From the NCBI GenBank assembly GCA_963826525.1, contig CAWGXH010000005.1, positions 295,933-359,932 on the forward strand: a stretch of DNA of 64,000 bases, written 5' to 3'. The position numbers and the translations under genes were made by a program. The stretch is from an uncultured Methanomicrobiaceae archaeon. GTDB taxonomy: Archaea > Halobacteriota > Methanomicrobia > Methanomicrobiales > Methanoculleaceae. Position 1 is the stretch's first letter. Every line of letters starts with the position of its first letter. Under the pieces are notes generated by a model. The model saw only the letters and a program-made list of their open reading frames with translations, did no database searches and was not told the DNA's origin. Positions 43,675 to 54,899 of this stretch are shown here, piece after piece.

Positions 43675-45455
43675 ATGGCACCACTGACCGAAACCACCCG
43701 GATACTCATCATCGGCGTCCTGCTCGGGATATCGGTCTTTCTGACGTACTATTTTCACCTCGTCCTGCAGGTAGGGACCGTCTTCTCCCACTTCTTCTAC
43801 ATACCCATCATCCTCGCCGCGCTCTGGTGGGGGAGAAAGGGCGTCCTCGTGGCGTTCTTTCTGGGCGGGCTCGTTCTCGCGAGTCACTTCCTCTTCAGAA
43901 CCGAAGTGGTGACCTTCAACGACTACGGACGTGCGCTGATGTTCGTCGTGGTCGCATTCGTCATCGCCTCGCTCTCCGAGCGACTGAAGAGCCAGCAGAA
44001 GGATACCGAGAAAGAGCGTGACCGGGCACAGGGCTACCTGGACGTGGCTGCCGTCCTGCTCGTCGTCATCAACGCGGATCAGACCATCGGCCTCATCAAC
44101 CGCCGCGGCTGCGAACTCCTGGGATACCGGGAGGATGAACTCGTCGGGAAGAACTGGTTCGACGTAGCCATCCCGGAGCGGATCCGGGAGGACACCCGGC
44201 AGGCATTCACGCACCGGTTATCCGGGATAGCCTCGTCGTATGGGAGTGATGAGTATGTCATCGTGACGAAGGGCGGGGATGAACGCACGCTCATCTGGAG
44301 GGGGGCCATTCTGAAGGATGCCGGCGGCCGCACCACCGGGATCATCGGGTCGGGGAAGGACATCACCGACCGGATCCGGGCGGAGAAGGCGCTCAGGAAC
44401 AGCGAGGCCCAGCTCCCGCGACGATCTTCGAGAACCTGAACGAAGGATTGGTCGTCGCCGACCTCGACGGCAACCTGCTGCATTGGAATCGTGCCGCCCA
44501 AGAACTGTACGAACTGCCCGGCCTTGGGGAAATACTGAGTAATCAGAGCGAATTCGGTGCGCTCTTCGAGATTTCGACCATAGACGGCACCGTCCTTCCG
44601 ATGGAAAAGTGGCCTCTGTCCCGCATCCTGCACGGGGAGCACCTTCGGGATATGGAAGTGACGGAACCGGCGCATCGGGACCGACTGGCAGCGCATATTC
44701 AACTTCGGCGGCAGCCTCGTCCGCGACACGGACGGCAATCCGCTCATGGCGGTGGTCACGTTCACCGACATCACCGGGCGCAAGCAGACGGAAGAAGCCA
44801 TTCTGGCGGCGAACGAGGAGGCAAACCTGTACCTCGACATCATGGTGCACGACATCAACAACACCAATTCGGTAGCACTCGGGTACAGCGATCTCCTCGA
44901 TGGAGAGTGGAAGGGGAAAACCGGGCGATGGCGCAGAAGATCCGATCGGCCGTCAGCCGGAGCATCCAGATCATCCGGAACGTCTCCACGATCCGGCGTC
45001 TCCGCTCACCGAACCCCGCCCTGAAACCTGTCGACCTCGACGCCGTGATCCGGGCAGAAATAGAGCAGCATCCCGAGACCAGCATCCGGTACAGCGGCCG
45101 GCCGGCCTTTGTCAGAGGCGACGACCTCCTCCCCGCGATATTCACCAACCTCGTCGGCAACAGCATCAAGTTCGGCGAACCCGATGTCGTGATAACGATC
45201 CGGGCCCTTGAGCAGGACGGCGAGGTGCTGGTCTCGGTCGAGGACACGGGCCCGGGCATACCCGATGCGATGAAACCCACGCTCTTCTCCCGGTTCAGGA
45301 AGGGGAAGAGTAAGAGAAGCGGCAAGGGTCTCGGCCTCTACATCGTGCGGATGCTCGTGGAGCGCTATGGCGGCAGGGTCTGGGTGGAGGACCGGGTGCC
45401 GGGTCACCCCGAGAAGGGGGCGGCATTCCGGTTCACGCTGCGGAAGGCGCGATAA
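43675..45455 (+). CDS. Membrane PAS-PAS sensor histidine kinase (several frameshifts near 44417, 44665, 44905)
   Basis: Four-TM N-domain, PAS domains, H-box DIMVHDINN, NLVGNSIKF, DTGPGI, GKGLGL. Paralog of 54900..56687. Confidence 0.85.
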
Positions 45456-45537
45456 GCATAATCTGGGGCACCGGAACGTAGCCGAAGCTCAGAGCGGATC
45501 CCGGGAAGGCATGTGAGCGGTAAAAGAGCCTCTCCGC

Positions 45538-47253
45538 TCAATGCTCGAAGTGCAGCCTGACCCGGCATTCGCCTTCCCGCTCGTCCGTGCGCACGGCATC
45601 GGCATACTGCCGTATCAGAAGGACGGGGAGCCGGGCAAGGTTTTCCTCGTCGGCAAGCAGATCACCGCCGTCGCACGGCAACCGGCCGGCTTCGAGGTCG
45701 AGCGATCTCCCCCGGTACCCGGCATCGATATTGAGCGCCTCTTCGGTGAACGTCACGTCCACCTGCACCGGGCCGTCCGCAGCACCGGTCATGGTGATCA
45801 GCTCCATCAGTTCGTTCACCGCGGATTCCGCCCGGTGGATCACCTCTGGCCGGGCACCCCAGGCGCCGCCGACCTTCTCGAAGAACGAGAAGATTGCGCC
45901 CGGAAACCCGGTCCCGGGTTCGAGTGTCAGCGACTGCCGCTCTGCGATCCCGATCCTGAAGACGAGGTTGACGACGAGTGCCGTCACGGTCGCGACGGAG
46001 AGCGCAGAGGCAAAGACCGGCTGGACGAGCGGATGCATGCCGTCGGCAAAGCCCGGGATCATCCCTGCCGCGAGACCGAAGATGAACGAGAGCCCGACGA
46101 CGAAGGTCTTGCGGGCATCCAGCATCCTCGAGGTGATGATGCGGAGCCCCGTGACGATGATGAAGGTGACGGCGTAGATAACGACCGCCCCCATCACCGG
46201 GGACGGCATGATGACGAATGCCGCGGCCAGTTTCGGGACGAAGACGAGGACGAGCAGTATCGCTGCGACGACGTACGCAATTGCCCTGCTCGCTGCTCCC
46301 GTTCCGATGGAGAGTCCGACGTTGCTCGAGGAGGTCGCCTGCCCCATTCCACCGAGTATTCCCGCGACGACGGCGGAGAGGCCGTCGGCAAGGATGCCGC
46401 CGCTGATATTCTGCATATCGGGCCGCTTCCAGCCGGTATCGTTGATCTTCTGGCAGGTGGTAAGGTCGCCGATGGTCTTGAAGGTGGAGGAGAGTACGAC
46501 GATGATGAACGGGAGGAGGAGCGCTACATCGAACGACCATCCGGGGTGACGGATCTCGGGGAGTGCAAAGAGCGGCGCATCGATGAATTGGGCAATCGCG
46601 TCTGCCCCGAGAACACCCGTCAGCCCGGCGGCGATATACCCGGCCACCATCCCGACGAGGACGGAGTACAGCCGGAGCCCTCCCTTGCTCCAGACACTGG
46701 CGGCGATCATGGTGCCGAGGGTGACCGCGGCGACGAGGAGTTCCGCCGGCTCGCTGACGGGATCGCCGGTTCCGGTGCCGATGAGGTTCTGGACGGCTAT
46801 CGGGATGACCGCTATACCGACCATCGTGACGACCACGCCGGTAACCTCGGCGGGGAAGAGGAACCGAAGACGATTGAGGAACCGTGAGAAAAGGGCTTCG
46901 GCAACGCCGGCAGCGGCCGTCATGCCGTAGAGCAGGGAGAGGCCGCCGGTCTGCACCGCGAGGAGCGATGCAGCGATATACGACGGGCCGCAGACCGCAG
47001 GACAGAGGTACCCGGACCCGATCCCTCTTCTATTCATCGTCTGCAGCACCGTTCCGATACAGCCTGCCAGCATCGACATGGTGACGATAAACGTCGCGTC
47101 TTCGGCACTGCCCCCGACCGCCCTGATGATGACGACCGGAAAGACGAGTGCACTCATAACGATGAAAATATGCTGGAGCCCGAGGAGGAGAAGGGTAACG
47201 GTCGGCGGTGTCTCGTCTACCCCATAGATCAGGTCGGGCGGCTTTGTCGGCAT
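45538..47253 (-). CDS. NCS2 (uracil/xanthine) permease with C-terminal cytoplasmic extension
   Basis: LGLQH, GILADGL, SSSNVG, P.PVMG, plus a ~130-aa soluble tail. Confidence 0.88.
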   Translation of the reverse strand: MPTKPPDLIYGVDETPPTVTLLLLGLQHIFIVMSALVFPVVIIRAVGGSAEDATFIVTMSMLAGCIGTVLQTMNRRGIGSGYLCPAVCGPSYIAASLLAVQTGGLSLLYGMTAAAGVAEALFSRFLNRLRFLFPAEVTGVVVTMVGIAVIPIAVQNLIGTGTGDPVSEPAELLVAAVTLGTMIAASVWSKGGLRLYSVLVGMVAGYIAAGLTGVLGADAIAQFIDAPLFALPEIRHPGWSFDVALLLPFIIVVLSSTFKTIGDLTTCQKINDTGWKRPDMQNISGGILADGLSAVVAGILGGMGQATSSSNVGLSIGTGAASRAIAYVVAAILLVLVFVPKLAAAFVIMPSPVMGAVVIYAVTFIIVTGLRIITSRMLDARKTFVVGLSFIFGLAAGMIPGFADGMHPLVQPVFASALSVATVTALVVNLVFRIGIAERQSLTLEPGTGFPGAIFSFFEKVGGAWGARPEVIHRAESAVNELMELITMTGAADGPVQVDVTFTEEALNIDAGYRGRSLDLEAGRLPCDGGDLLADEENLARLPVLLIRQYADAVRTDEREGECRVRLHFEH

Positions 47254-47512
47254 AGTACTCGTGGCCTAAAGGTGAATAGCGGTGTCGCTTGCATCGGTGC
47301 TCTGTGATTGTCCGAGGACATTTGGGTGCTGCTGTTTCATTTTAACCGATGTAATGCCCCAGTTATCGATAATGTTCCATCTCCAGCGGGAAAATGCTTT
47401 TGAAAAGGATTCGCTCTTTCCGGCCCCGGCCGGAACGGAAGAGAAACAATTATCATCAGGGATGCACGGTATTTGCTCAGCACAGTGGATATCTCGGACA
47501 GGAGGCAGGACT

Positions 47513-48031
47513 ATGAGTGTTATCGGAAGCATGTTTCCAAGAATCCAGGGGCGTTCACTTGCAGGCTCGGAGGTAACGATCCCCGATGCAGTTTCCGGCC
47601 GCATTGCGTTTATCTCCGTCGCGTTCGAACGACATGCACAAGGGATGCTGGACTCCTGGAGCGAGCCGTTTGTACGGAAATTCGGCGGCAACGAGGCCTA
47701 TGTCGCCTATGAGCTGCCCATCATCGACGCGTTCTGGCCGAGGCTGATCTCGTTCTCCATTGACGCAGGCATGAGAAGCGGTATCCCCCGCGAGAAGCAC
47801 CCCTATGTGGTGACCTACTATGGTGATTCGACCGACCTTGGACAGGCGCTGGAGATCGACGACCGCTCACTCGGGTATGTCTACCTCCTCGATCGCCAGG
47901 GGATCGTCCGGTGGGCAGGCAGGGGATATGCGACCGACGATCGGATACGTGAGATGATCGGCATTGCAGCAGAACTCGGGGCGGGAGGCATAGGTATTCC
48001 CGGCACCCGGAAACAGGCAATGTTTAAATAG
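47513..48031 (+). CDS. ATP10-like thioredoxin-fold protein
   Basis: FPRIQGRSLAG...LDSW...IDAGMRSGIP...VYLLDRQGIVRWAGRG. Confidence 0.65.
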   Translation: MSVIGSMFPRIQGRSLAGSEVTIPDAVSGRIAFISVAFERHAQGMLDSWSEPFVRKFGGNEAYVAYELPIIDAFWPRLISFSIDAGMRSGIPREKHPYVVTYYGDSTDLGQALEIDDRSLGYVYLLDRQGIVRWAGRGYATDDRIREMIGIAAELGAGGIGIPGTRKQAMFK

Positions 48032-48372
48032 CAGGATTTCCGCCCCGTTCTTCCGGAATTTCGACCCTCACAGAAGCCCTCAGACGGCCGATCTCGGGGC
48101 GGGGCATAGCATCCATCCTCCCAGAGATTACCCCGGCTCATATCGTCGTTATACCCCGATGAATTCTCCGTATTTTACAGATCGGAGCAAAATAATCGCT
48201 TTTACCGTATGCCCCGGTTTCGCCCTGCAGAAATGCCGCAAAAACCGAAAAATATGCGATCTTCGGGCGTATTTTCAACCGCGGTGAGGGCACCCCTCCA
48301 CATGCCCATCGGGTCTCTCCCCGACACCATTAAGACACCCCGGTTCGTTCTTGTACGCACAGGAAAAAGTGC

Positions 48373-48891
48373 ATGGACGTCGTCGAGGGCTTCATCTATA
48401 TAATCATCTTCATCAGCCTGGTCGTTTTCCTGGCCGGCGGCGGGGTTGCCGTAGCGGCTGCTGCCGTTCTCCGCCACCTGGATGACCGGCTGCTCCGGGC
48501 GGCGTTTCTCGCCGCAGGCATGGCGCTGAACTTTCTCCTCTTTGCAGAGACCGATGTATCGTGGCTGCTCATCGGGGCGCTGCTCATCGGCACGCCGATG
48601 GCTGTTCTGGTCCCCCCGTTTCTGATCTTCGACCGCCCCGGAAAGAGCCTCCGCCTCTCTCACGTCCTGGTTTGCTACGTGCTCGTCGCGGCGCCGGGCA
48701 TCCTGCTCCCGTTTGCCCTCATCGCCTCCGGCCTCTCTATGATCCCGTTCATCTACTGGCATACGCCGCTCTCGAATGCCCTGCTCTACCTCTGTCTTCT
48801 GCTCGCGGATATCGGCGTCGCGTCGGTCGTCTACCTGCTCATCGGCAGGGTGGCCACGGTGCTGCAAAAGCCCACTCCCGCCGCCAGGTAA
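48373..48891 (+). CDS. Multi-TM hypothetical protein
   Basis: Five hydrophobic segments. Confidence 0.6.
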   Translation: MDVVEGFIYIIIFISLVVFLAGGGVAVAAAAVLRHLDDRLLRAAFLAAGMALNFLLFAETDVSWLLIGALLIGTPMAVLVPPFLIFDRPGKSLRLSHVLVCYVLVAAPGILLPFALIASGLSMIPFIYWHTPLSNALLYLCLLLADIGVASVVYLLIGRVATVLQKPTPAAR

Positions 48892-48995
48892 GGTATCCCT
48901 TCGGGAAGGAAGAATGCGGTAAAAGTGCCGGTAGAACAGCGTAGTGCATGCAGCACCATTTCCTTTAACGGTCGGTACTGCATAGTACCGTACCT

Positions 48996-51335
48996 ATGAG
49001 TGGAAGGGAAGGCCAGTATACCCGGATCCGGGAATTTCTTCAGGACCGGTATCCCGAGGCGGTTTCAATCTCCACAATCTCGCGCACCTTGAAAATGAAC
49101 CGCGGTTCCGTGGCCAAGTATCTCGAGGTACTCCAGTCTCACGGCCATGTAATCATGAAACCCTTCGGCAAGGCCAAATTATATTCCTCGGCGCAAAATG
49201 TCCCGTTCGACGATCTCTTCGACTATCTTTCCGATGCGATCGTCATCCTCGACGCGGACATGCATATCCTCATGGTGAATAGAAGTTTCATCGATACTTT
49301 CAACATCCATTCCGGAAGGAACATCATCGGCAGCGAACTGTCCCGGATACATCTGTCGCTCTTTGATAACCCCACGATCTGGGAAAATATTGACCGGATC
49401 CTGAGTTCCCAGACCTTCATCAACGAGATGCTGCTGATCGAGCGTGGGACAGAACGGATATTTCTCACGGAATTCATCTCCACGGTTATACCTTCCCTCT
49501 CATTTACCGGAAAACCGGGAATTATGATAAGTCTCCGCGACATCACCATGTGGAAGAAAACCGAAGAGGCGTTGAAAAACAGCGAACGCAAGATTCGCAC
49601 CCTATTCGAGGAAGTCCCGAGCGGCATCTTCCTCTTCCAGGAAGACGGAACCATCCTGAATGCAAACCGGGCTTCGCTCGAGATCCTCGGGCTCGCGAGG
49701 TTCACCGACCTTGCAGATTTCAAGCTCTATGACGTCATGTGTTCCCGGGAGATTGTCCAGGGCCTGATCAGAAAAGGGAAGATCGCCGAACTGACGCTGT
49801 CATGCAACTTCGACCGGATGAAAGCAGAGACCCTTACGTCGACCAAAAAATCCGGCGTAGCGTATTTCCAGGTTGTGTTTGCACCGGTCACCGATAAAGG
49901 GGGAAAAGCGCCCCGTGAATTTTTTATTCTCTTCCTCGATATCACGGCAAAGAAAATTGCCGAGAAACAGCTGAAAGAGCGATACCAGGGGATAATGAGT
50001 AACCTGCCGGGGATCATCTACCAGTTCTATGCCCGGGATACCGGCGAATGGGGAGTCTATTACGTCAATGAACGCTCGCAGGAGATCTATGGAGTAACGA
50101 CCGAGCCGCTCGAGACCTGGTTTGCGAGGTACGGCGCATGCATCGCTCCGGAGGACCAGGAACGCTGGTTCGAATCGATCAACGACGTGATACGGAGGGT
50201 TGCACCCTGGGAATTCGAAGGACGATTCCTGAAACCCACCGGGGAGGAGATGCACATCCGGGGAGTATCCCAGCCGGTGCGTCTGAAAAACGAGACGGTC
50301 TGGAACGGGATATTCCTGGATATTACCGACCGGAAGAAGGCGGAAGAGGCACTGCGCATGAGCGAAGAGCGGCTCCGGGGTATCACCAGCAACCTTCCGG
50401 GGATCGTCTACCAGTTCTATGCCCGCGACTCCGGCGCATGGGGTATGTATTACGTCGACGACCGTTCCACTGAAGTCTATGGTCTCCGCCCCGACCCCCT
50501 GGATACCTGGATCCAGCGCTACGGTTCCTGTATCGCTCCGGAAGACCGGGAACGCTGGGTCAAATCGATAGAGGACGTGATACGGAGAGTTTCACCCTGG
50601 GAGTTCGAGGGGAAATTTATCAAGCCGACCGGAGAGGAGATGTTCATCCGGGTACTCTCACAGCCAGTCCGGCTGAAGAACGAGACGGTCTGGAATGGGA
50701 TCATCCTCGATATCACCGACCGGAAGAGAGCGGAGGAGGCGCTTCGCAGGACCGAATTGAAGGAGGTCCGGTATCACTCGTTCTTTGAGAACACCTGCAA
50801 CGGCGTATTGATCTATGAGCCGGTCGGGCAGGGAGAGGAGTACATCATCAAAGACGTCAACAGGGTAACGGCAGCCCTCCTGCGGACGAACAAAGAAGAT
50901 CTCGTCGGAAAGAAACTCTTCGAGGAATTCCCCGATCTCCCGAACCCGTACGTGCACGATCTCCTGTATCGCGTTCTGACCACCGAAAAGCCGGAGTTCG
51001 TTACGCCGCTCAAGTACCGGAACCGCGAGGACTTTCCCTGGATCTCCCATTATGTCTTCAAACTTCCTTCCGGGGAGATCGCCTCGTTCATGATCGACGT
51101 CACCGAAGCGGTGATAGAGGATACAAGCCCCGGAACAGAGGCCGGCGCGTCAGCTCGCACACCTTCCGGCGGGATCCCCTCTTTTTTGCGCTCATCCCTC
51201 TTCGCCACCGTTACTATCTGTGCGTGCGGGATTCAATGGCGAGCAATAACTGGTCGCAGATCTTTTCGCAGGGAGGGGATCCTGGAGTATTTTTCCACGC
51301 ATAGGAGAAACCGGGAGTATTCCCAGAATCATTGA
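48996..51335 (+). CDS. Winged-HTH + multi-PAS one-component regulator (C-terminal end uncertain)
   Basis: SISTISRTLKMNRGSVAKYLEVL HTH followed by five PAS-like domains ending DIT.RK. No kinase domain. Confidence 0.8.
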   Translation: MSGREGQYTRIREFLQDRYPEAVSISTISRTLKMNRGSVAKYLEVLQSHGHVIMKPFGKAKLYSSAQNVPFDDLFDYLSDAIVILDADMHILMVNRSFIDTFNIHSGRNIIGSELSRIHLSLFDNPTIWENIDRILSSQTFINEMLLIERGTERIFLTEFISTVIPSLSFTGKPGIMISLRDITMWKKTEEALKNSERKIRTLFEEVPSGIFLFQEDGTILNANRASLEILGLARFTDLADFKLYDVMCSREIVQGLIRKGKIAELTLSCNFDRMKAETLTSTKKSGVAYFQVVFAPVTDKGGKAPREFFILFLDITAKKIAEKQLKERYQGIMSNLPGIIYQFYARDTGEWGVYYVNERSQEIYGVTTEPLETWFARYGACIAPEDQERWFESINDVIRRVAPWEFEGRFLKPTGEEMHIRGVSQPVRLKNETVWNGIFLDITDRKKAEEALRMSEERLRGITSNLPGIVYQFYARDSGAWGMYYVDDRSTEVYGLRPDPLDTWIQRYGSCIAPEDRERWVKSIEDVIRRVSPWEFEGKFIKPTGEEMFIRVLSQPVRLKNETVWNGIILDITDRKRAEEALRRTELKEVRYHSFFENTCNGVLIYEPVGQGEEYIIKDVNRVTAALLRTNKEDLVGKKLFEEFPDLPNPYVHDLLYRVLTTEKPEFVTPLKYRNREDFPWISHYVFKLPSGEIASFMIDVTEAVIEDTSPGTEAGASARTPSGGIPSFLRSSLFATVTICACGIQWRAITGRRSFRREGILEYFSTHRRNREYSQNH
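49989..50748 (+). repeat. Internal tandem duplication of a PAS domain (390-bp period)
   Basis: GI.SNLPGI.YQFYARD...QPVRLKNETVWNGI.LDITDRK starts at 49989 and at 50379. Confidence 0.9.
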
Positions 51336-51638
51336 CCGTGGCGGTCTTCACGTAATGGCGAGCAATAAAAAACAGGTTTATCTGTGCCATCGTGAAATTT
51401 CAGTACGTGGATGAAAGTCCACAATACCGGAAACGAGCGAAACAGCATGGGCGAGGCAGCCGGGATCCACAATAACGTACATTGAGGTCAACAACTTTCG
51501 ACGAGTATCGCCTCGGATATGTGGACTCCAGCCGAACACACCGATCAATGTATAACCGGAACAATAGTTCAATATTTTGATCGCGAGATCTGTCATTTAC
51601 CCGTGCGTGTCCCTCTTTTCCGGCACGAGGTAGTAAAC

Positions 51639-52631
51639 ATGGAGACGAAAGTAGGATATTTCGCGTCTCTGGAGCAGTACAAGCCCAGAGAAGCACTGGA
51701 ACAGACCATTCGGGCAGAAAATGTCGGTTTTGACTCGGTCTGGGCTGACGACCATTTTCACCCGTGGTACCACACCAACGCGCAGTCCGCACAGGCCTGG
51801 GCATGGATGGGTGCGGCACTCGAAGCAACGAAGAAAGTCTTCATCTCCACCTGTATCACCTGCCCGATCCTGCGGTACAACCCGGCGATCGTCGCGCAGA
51901 CATTCGCAACCCTCCGGCAGATGTATCCGGGAAGAGTAGGTGTTGCCGTCGGCGCCGGCGAGGCCATGAACGAAGTGCCGGTAACGGGCGAGTGGCCGAG
52001 CGTACCCGAGCGCCAGGACATGACGGTGGAAGCCATCGGAGTGATGCGTCAGCTCTGGGGAAGCCAGGAGCCCGTCACCTTCAAAGGGAAGTATTTCACC
52101 CTCGATAAGGCGTTCATGTACACCAAACCCGAAGATGAGGTTCCTCTCTACTTCAGCGGAATGGGTCCGAAGGGAGCACGGCTGGCAGGGAAATACGGCG
52201 ACCACCTCATGACGGTGGCTGCGGACCCGTCTGTACTGAAGAACGTTACCATCCCGAACTTCGTAAAGGGTGCGGCTGACTCGGGAAAAGACCCCGCCAA
52301 GATGGAGCGTGCGATGCTGATCTGGTACTCCGCCGATCCCGACTACGAAAAAGCAATTGAGGGACTGCGTTTCTGGGCCGGTTGCCTGGTTCCTGCCATG
52401 TTCAAGTACAAGGTCTACGACTCAAAGGAGGTCGAACTCCACGCAAACCTCGTAGGGCACGATATGATGAAAGAAAACTACATGGTTGCAACCGATGCGG
52501 AAGACCTTATCAAGGAGATCGAGAGATTCAAAGCCGCTGGAATCACTCATTTCTGCCTCGGAAATTCGAGTCCCGATGTGAACCGGGGCATCGATATCTT
52601 CAAGGAAGTAATCCCCGCAGTGAAAGAATAA
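51639..52631 (+). CDS. adf: F420-dependent secondary alcohol dehydrogenase (LLM family)
   Basis: GYFASLEQY, DDHFHPWYH.NAQSAQAWAW, GAGEAMNE and RFWAGCLVP closely resemble Methanoculleus Adf as I recall it. Confidence 0.88.
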   Translation: METKVGYFASLEQYKPREALEQTIRAENVGFDSVWADDHFHPWYHTNAQSAQAWAWMGAALEATKKVFISTCITCPILRYNPAIVAQTFATLRQMYPGRVGVAVGAGEAMNEVPVTGEWPSVPERQDMTVEAIGVMRQLWGSQEPVTFKGKYFTLDKAFMYTKPEDEVPLYFSGMGPKGARLAGKYGDHLMTVAADPSVLKNVTIPNFVKGAADSGKDPAKMERAMLIWYSADPDYEKAIEGLRFWAGCLVPAMFKYKVYDSKEVELHANLVGHDMMKENYMVATDAEDLIKEIERFKAAGITHFCLGNSSPDVNRGIDIFKEVIPAVKE

Positions 52632-52681
52632 GATTTACCTATCTTACTCTTTTTACCTGCTCATAGGACTGGAGAACAATT

Positions 52682-53074
52682 ATGGAACAGAAGAACGTCC
52701 TGGATATCTTTGACCCTGGAGTCGTGTTTCTCCCCGATCTTGAGATCGTGAGTGCGGAAAAACCCTGGTATCCGCATCCTGAGTGGAAAGGGGTCTTCCT
52801 TAAAGACCTGGTGACCGGAAAAGAGACCGGCGGTGCGTTCAGTTACCACCTCGTCCGGGTGTGGAAGAACTGTGAGGTCATGGACCATGACCACGAAACC
52901 CAGTGGGAATGGAATCGCATCATCGACGGGACGGGGGTCTTTTTGTTCGAAGACAAGGAGATTCCCCTCGCTGACGGTCAGACATTTGTCACCCCGCCAG
53001 GGGTCCGTCATGCGGTGAGTGCGCACCATGAGGATCTTTCGCTGCTGGCAGTCTTCGTACCGGCGCTCGTGTGA
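52682..53074 (+). CDS. Cupin domain protein
   Basis: HDHETQWE...PPGVRH metal-binding motifs. Confidence 0.8.
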   Translation: MEQKNVLDIFDPGVVFLPDLEIVSAEKPWYPHPEWKGVFLKDLVTGKETGGAFSYHLVRVWKNCEVMDHDHETQWEWNRIIDGTGVFLFEDKEIPLADGQTFVTPPGVRHAVSAHHEDLSLLAVFVPALV

Positions 53075-53336
53075 GTCGTCGCATACGAATGAGCCTGTAC
53101 CGGAGTTTGTCCCCAAAACACTCCGGCAGGAGGGGGCGATCCCACTCCTGCCCATCTCCCGATGTGATAACCCGGCAAAGACTGTACTCGCGATCCGGCA
53201 TCTATTGCAGTTTTTTCGGCTCTGTTGAAACCTATTCTGGTTCCTCCCTATCCTGATGAGGCTGGTGCCGGACCAGGCTTGTCCCCGGGACGACCTTTTT
53301 TCTCGGGCATCTCCTCATGCCGTGGACCGTGGTGGC

Positions 53337-53520
53337 TATCGCCATTGGGGGTGGGGCTGACGGGGAGGCGACCGGGGGTCTCCCCCACCGCTAGGTCGCG
53401 AGAGGGAGACCCCTCCCCTGTCCCCACCCCTCCGGCGCTCCGCCTCCTCCCCGCCCCGGGGGCGGGGGCAGTCATGGCGATACCCGATGGAAAGCCGTGC
53501 TCCGGAGTGCGGCCATCGGG
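53337..53520. repeat. Highly self-complementary GC-rich intergenic element (ncRNA or REP/MITE-like)
   Basis: At least six perfect helices, listed in findings. Confidence 0.6.
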
Positions 53521-53730
53521 AGCAGACAGATCCGGGTTCAACAGAGCCGAAAATTCCCTGTTCTGCGTGAGGGCAGAGCGCCCGCCCCCACACGCCGAAA
53601 TTCCTAACATAAAGTGACAAGATGCATTAGAGGGGGACGTTCCCATACCCGAAGGCTCGATCGCCTGTCTCCCGGGCAGAGGCATGCCATGGCTGCCGTA
53701 AAGGCAGCAACCACGAAAAAAATAAGGGAG

Positions 53731-54425
53731 TTAGTTCTGCTTTCTCCCGGAAACCAGCAGCAGCCCCACAATCAGCAGGGCACCGCCGGCCAGAGCCGGG
53801 GAGAGGGGTGACTTCTGCGTGGGAGCCGGTGTCGGCGCCGCATTCATCGTCACGTACAGATCGACCGTCTCGCCGTTGGCGGGGAACCGGTCGATAGAGC
53901 CTGTGTAGGGCAGATACCCTTCTTTTGTCACGGTGTAGGTCTTGTAGGGCGTCCCGGTCGTATAGACCTGCACGGAGAGGACGTTCTGGCTGGTGACACC
54001 TTTGACATCGTTGTCAAACTGGACCGTCACGCCGTCAACGTTGGAGTGGACGGTGTACCAGCCGATATCTCCGCCGATCGGCGCCGGTGCGGGGGTCTGG
54101 ACCGGGTTCAAGGTTGCGTAGAGATCGAAGACCTCTCCCTTGCCGGGGACGGAGTTGATGCCCCCGTAGTAGGTGGCGTATCCGTCCTTCTCGACACGGA
54201 ACGTCTGGTAGGCAGATCCGGTGGTGTAGACCGGGACGTACAGCACACCGGCCTCGATCGTGCCCTGGTATCGTTGTCGAAGTAGACATCGGCTCCGTTC
54301 ACGTTACAGTTGACCGCATACCACCCGTTGTCTCCGCCTACGGGTGGCTGAGCACTCGAAGGAAGGACGATAAGACAGCAGGCAACAAGGGAAAATATCA
54401 GGAAATTGCGTACAACGCTCTGCAT
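53731..54425 (-). CDS. Cell-surface protein with two PEGA-like repeats and a C-terminal sorting signal (frameshift near 54260)
   Basis: Signal peptide, two GGD.GWY.V..NV.G..V.FD repeats, and PTPAPTQKSPL + TM + basic tail. Confidence 0.75.
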
Positions 54426-54899
54426 AAAAGCCTCCGCTTTAATTATTAAATTATCCCCGCACGGATATACCTTTCTCTATTATAACGGTAGAAATGCGAT
54501 ACTAAACGTAATTTGGGGGAGAAATCCGGTATATTTCGGTTCAGCAACAGAGTTTGCGTGTTGTTCCCGGTTGGTCCCCGCAGAAACGCGCCCATGCACG
54601 ACCTCCCTGCATACCGTGTCCTCATGGTCAAAGGGGGTTGAAAACAGTTCGTATCGGAACAGGGCGGGAACCCCACGGGAGCCTCGGAGAAGCCGGGTTG
54701 TGGCGCTGCTGCCCGGTAATCCCACCGGTGGCGTCCCTTATCGTGGGGATGGTGTCTGAGGGCAGGCCTGGAGAGCCCAAAAGACGGCGAGCAGGTATCC
54801 GGGAAACTGTGCCGGAGAACAACTGCTCATACCACGATCCGATGAATTTTATTGCAGGAAAATTATAAGACCAGAACCTGCATGGGGGAGAATCCTGCC

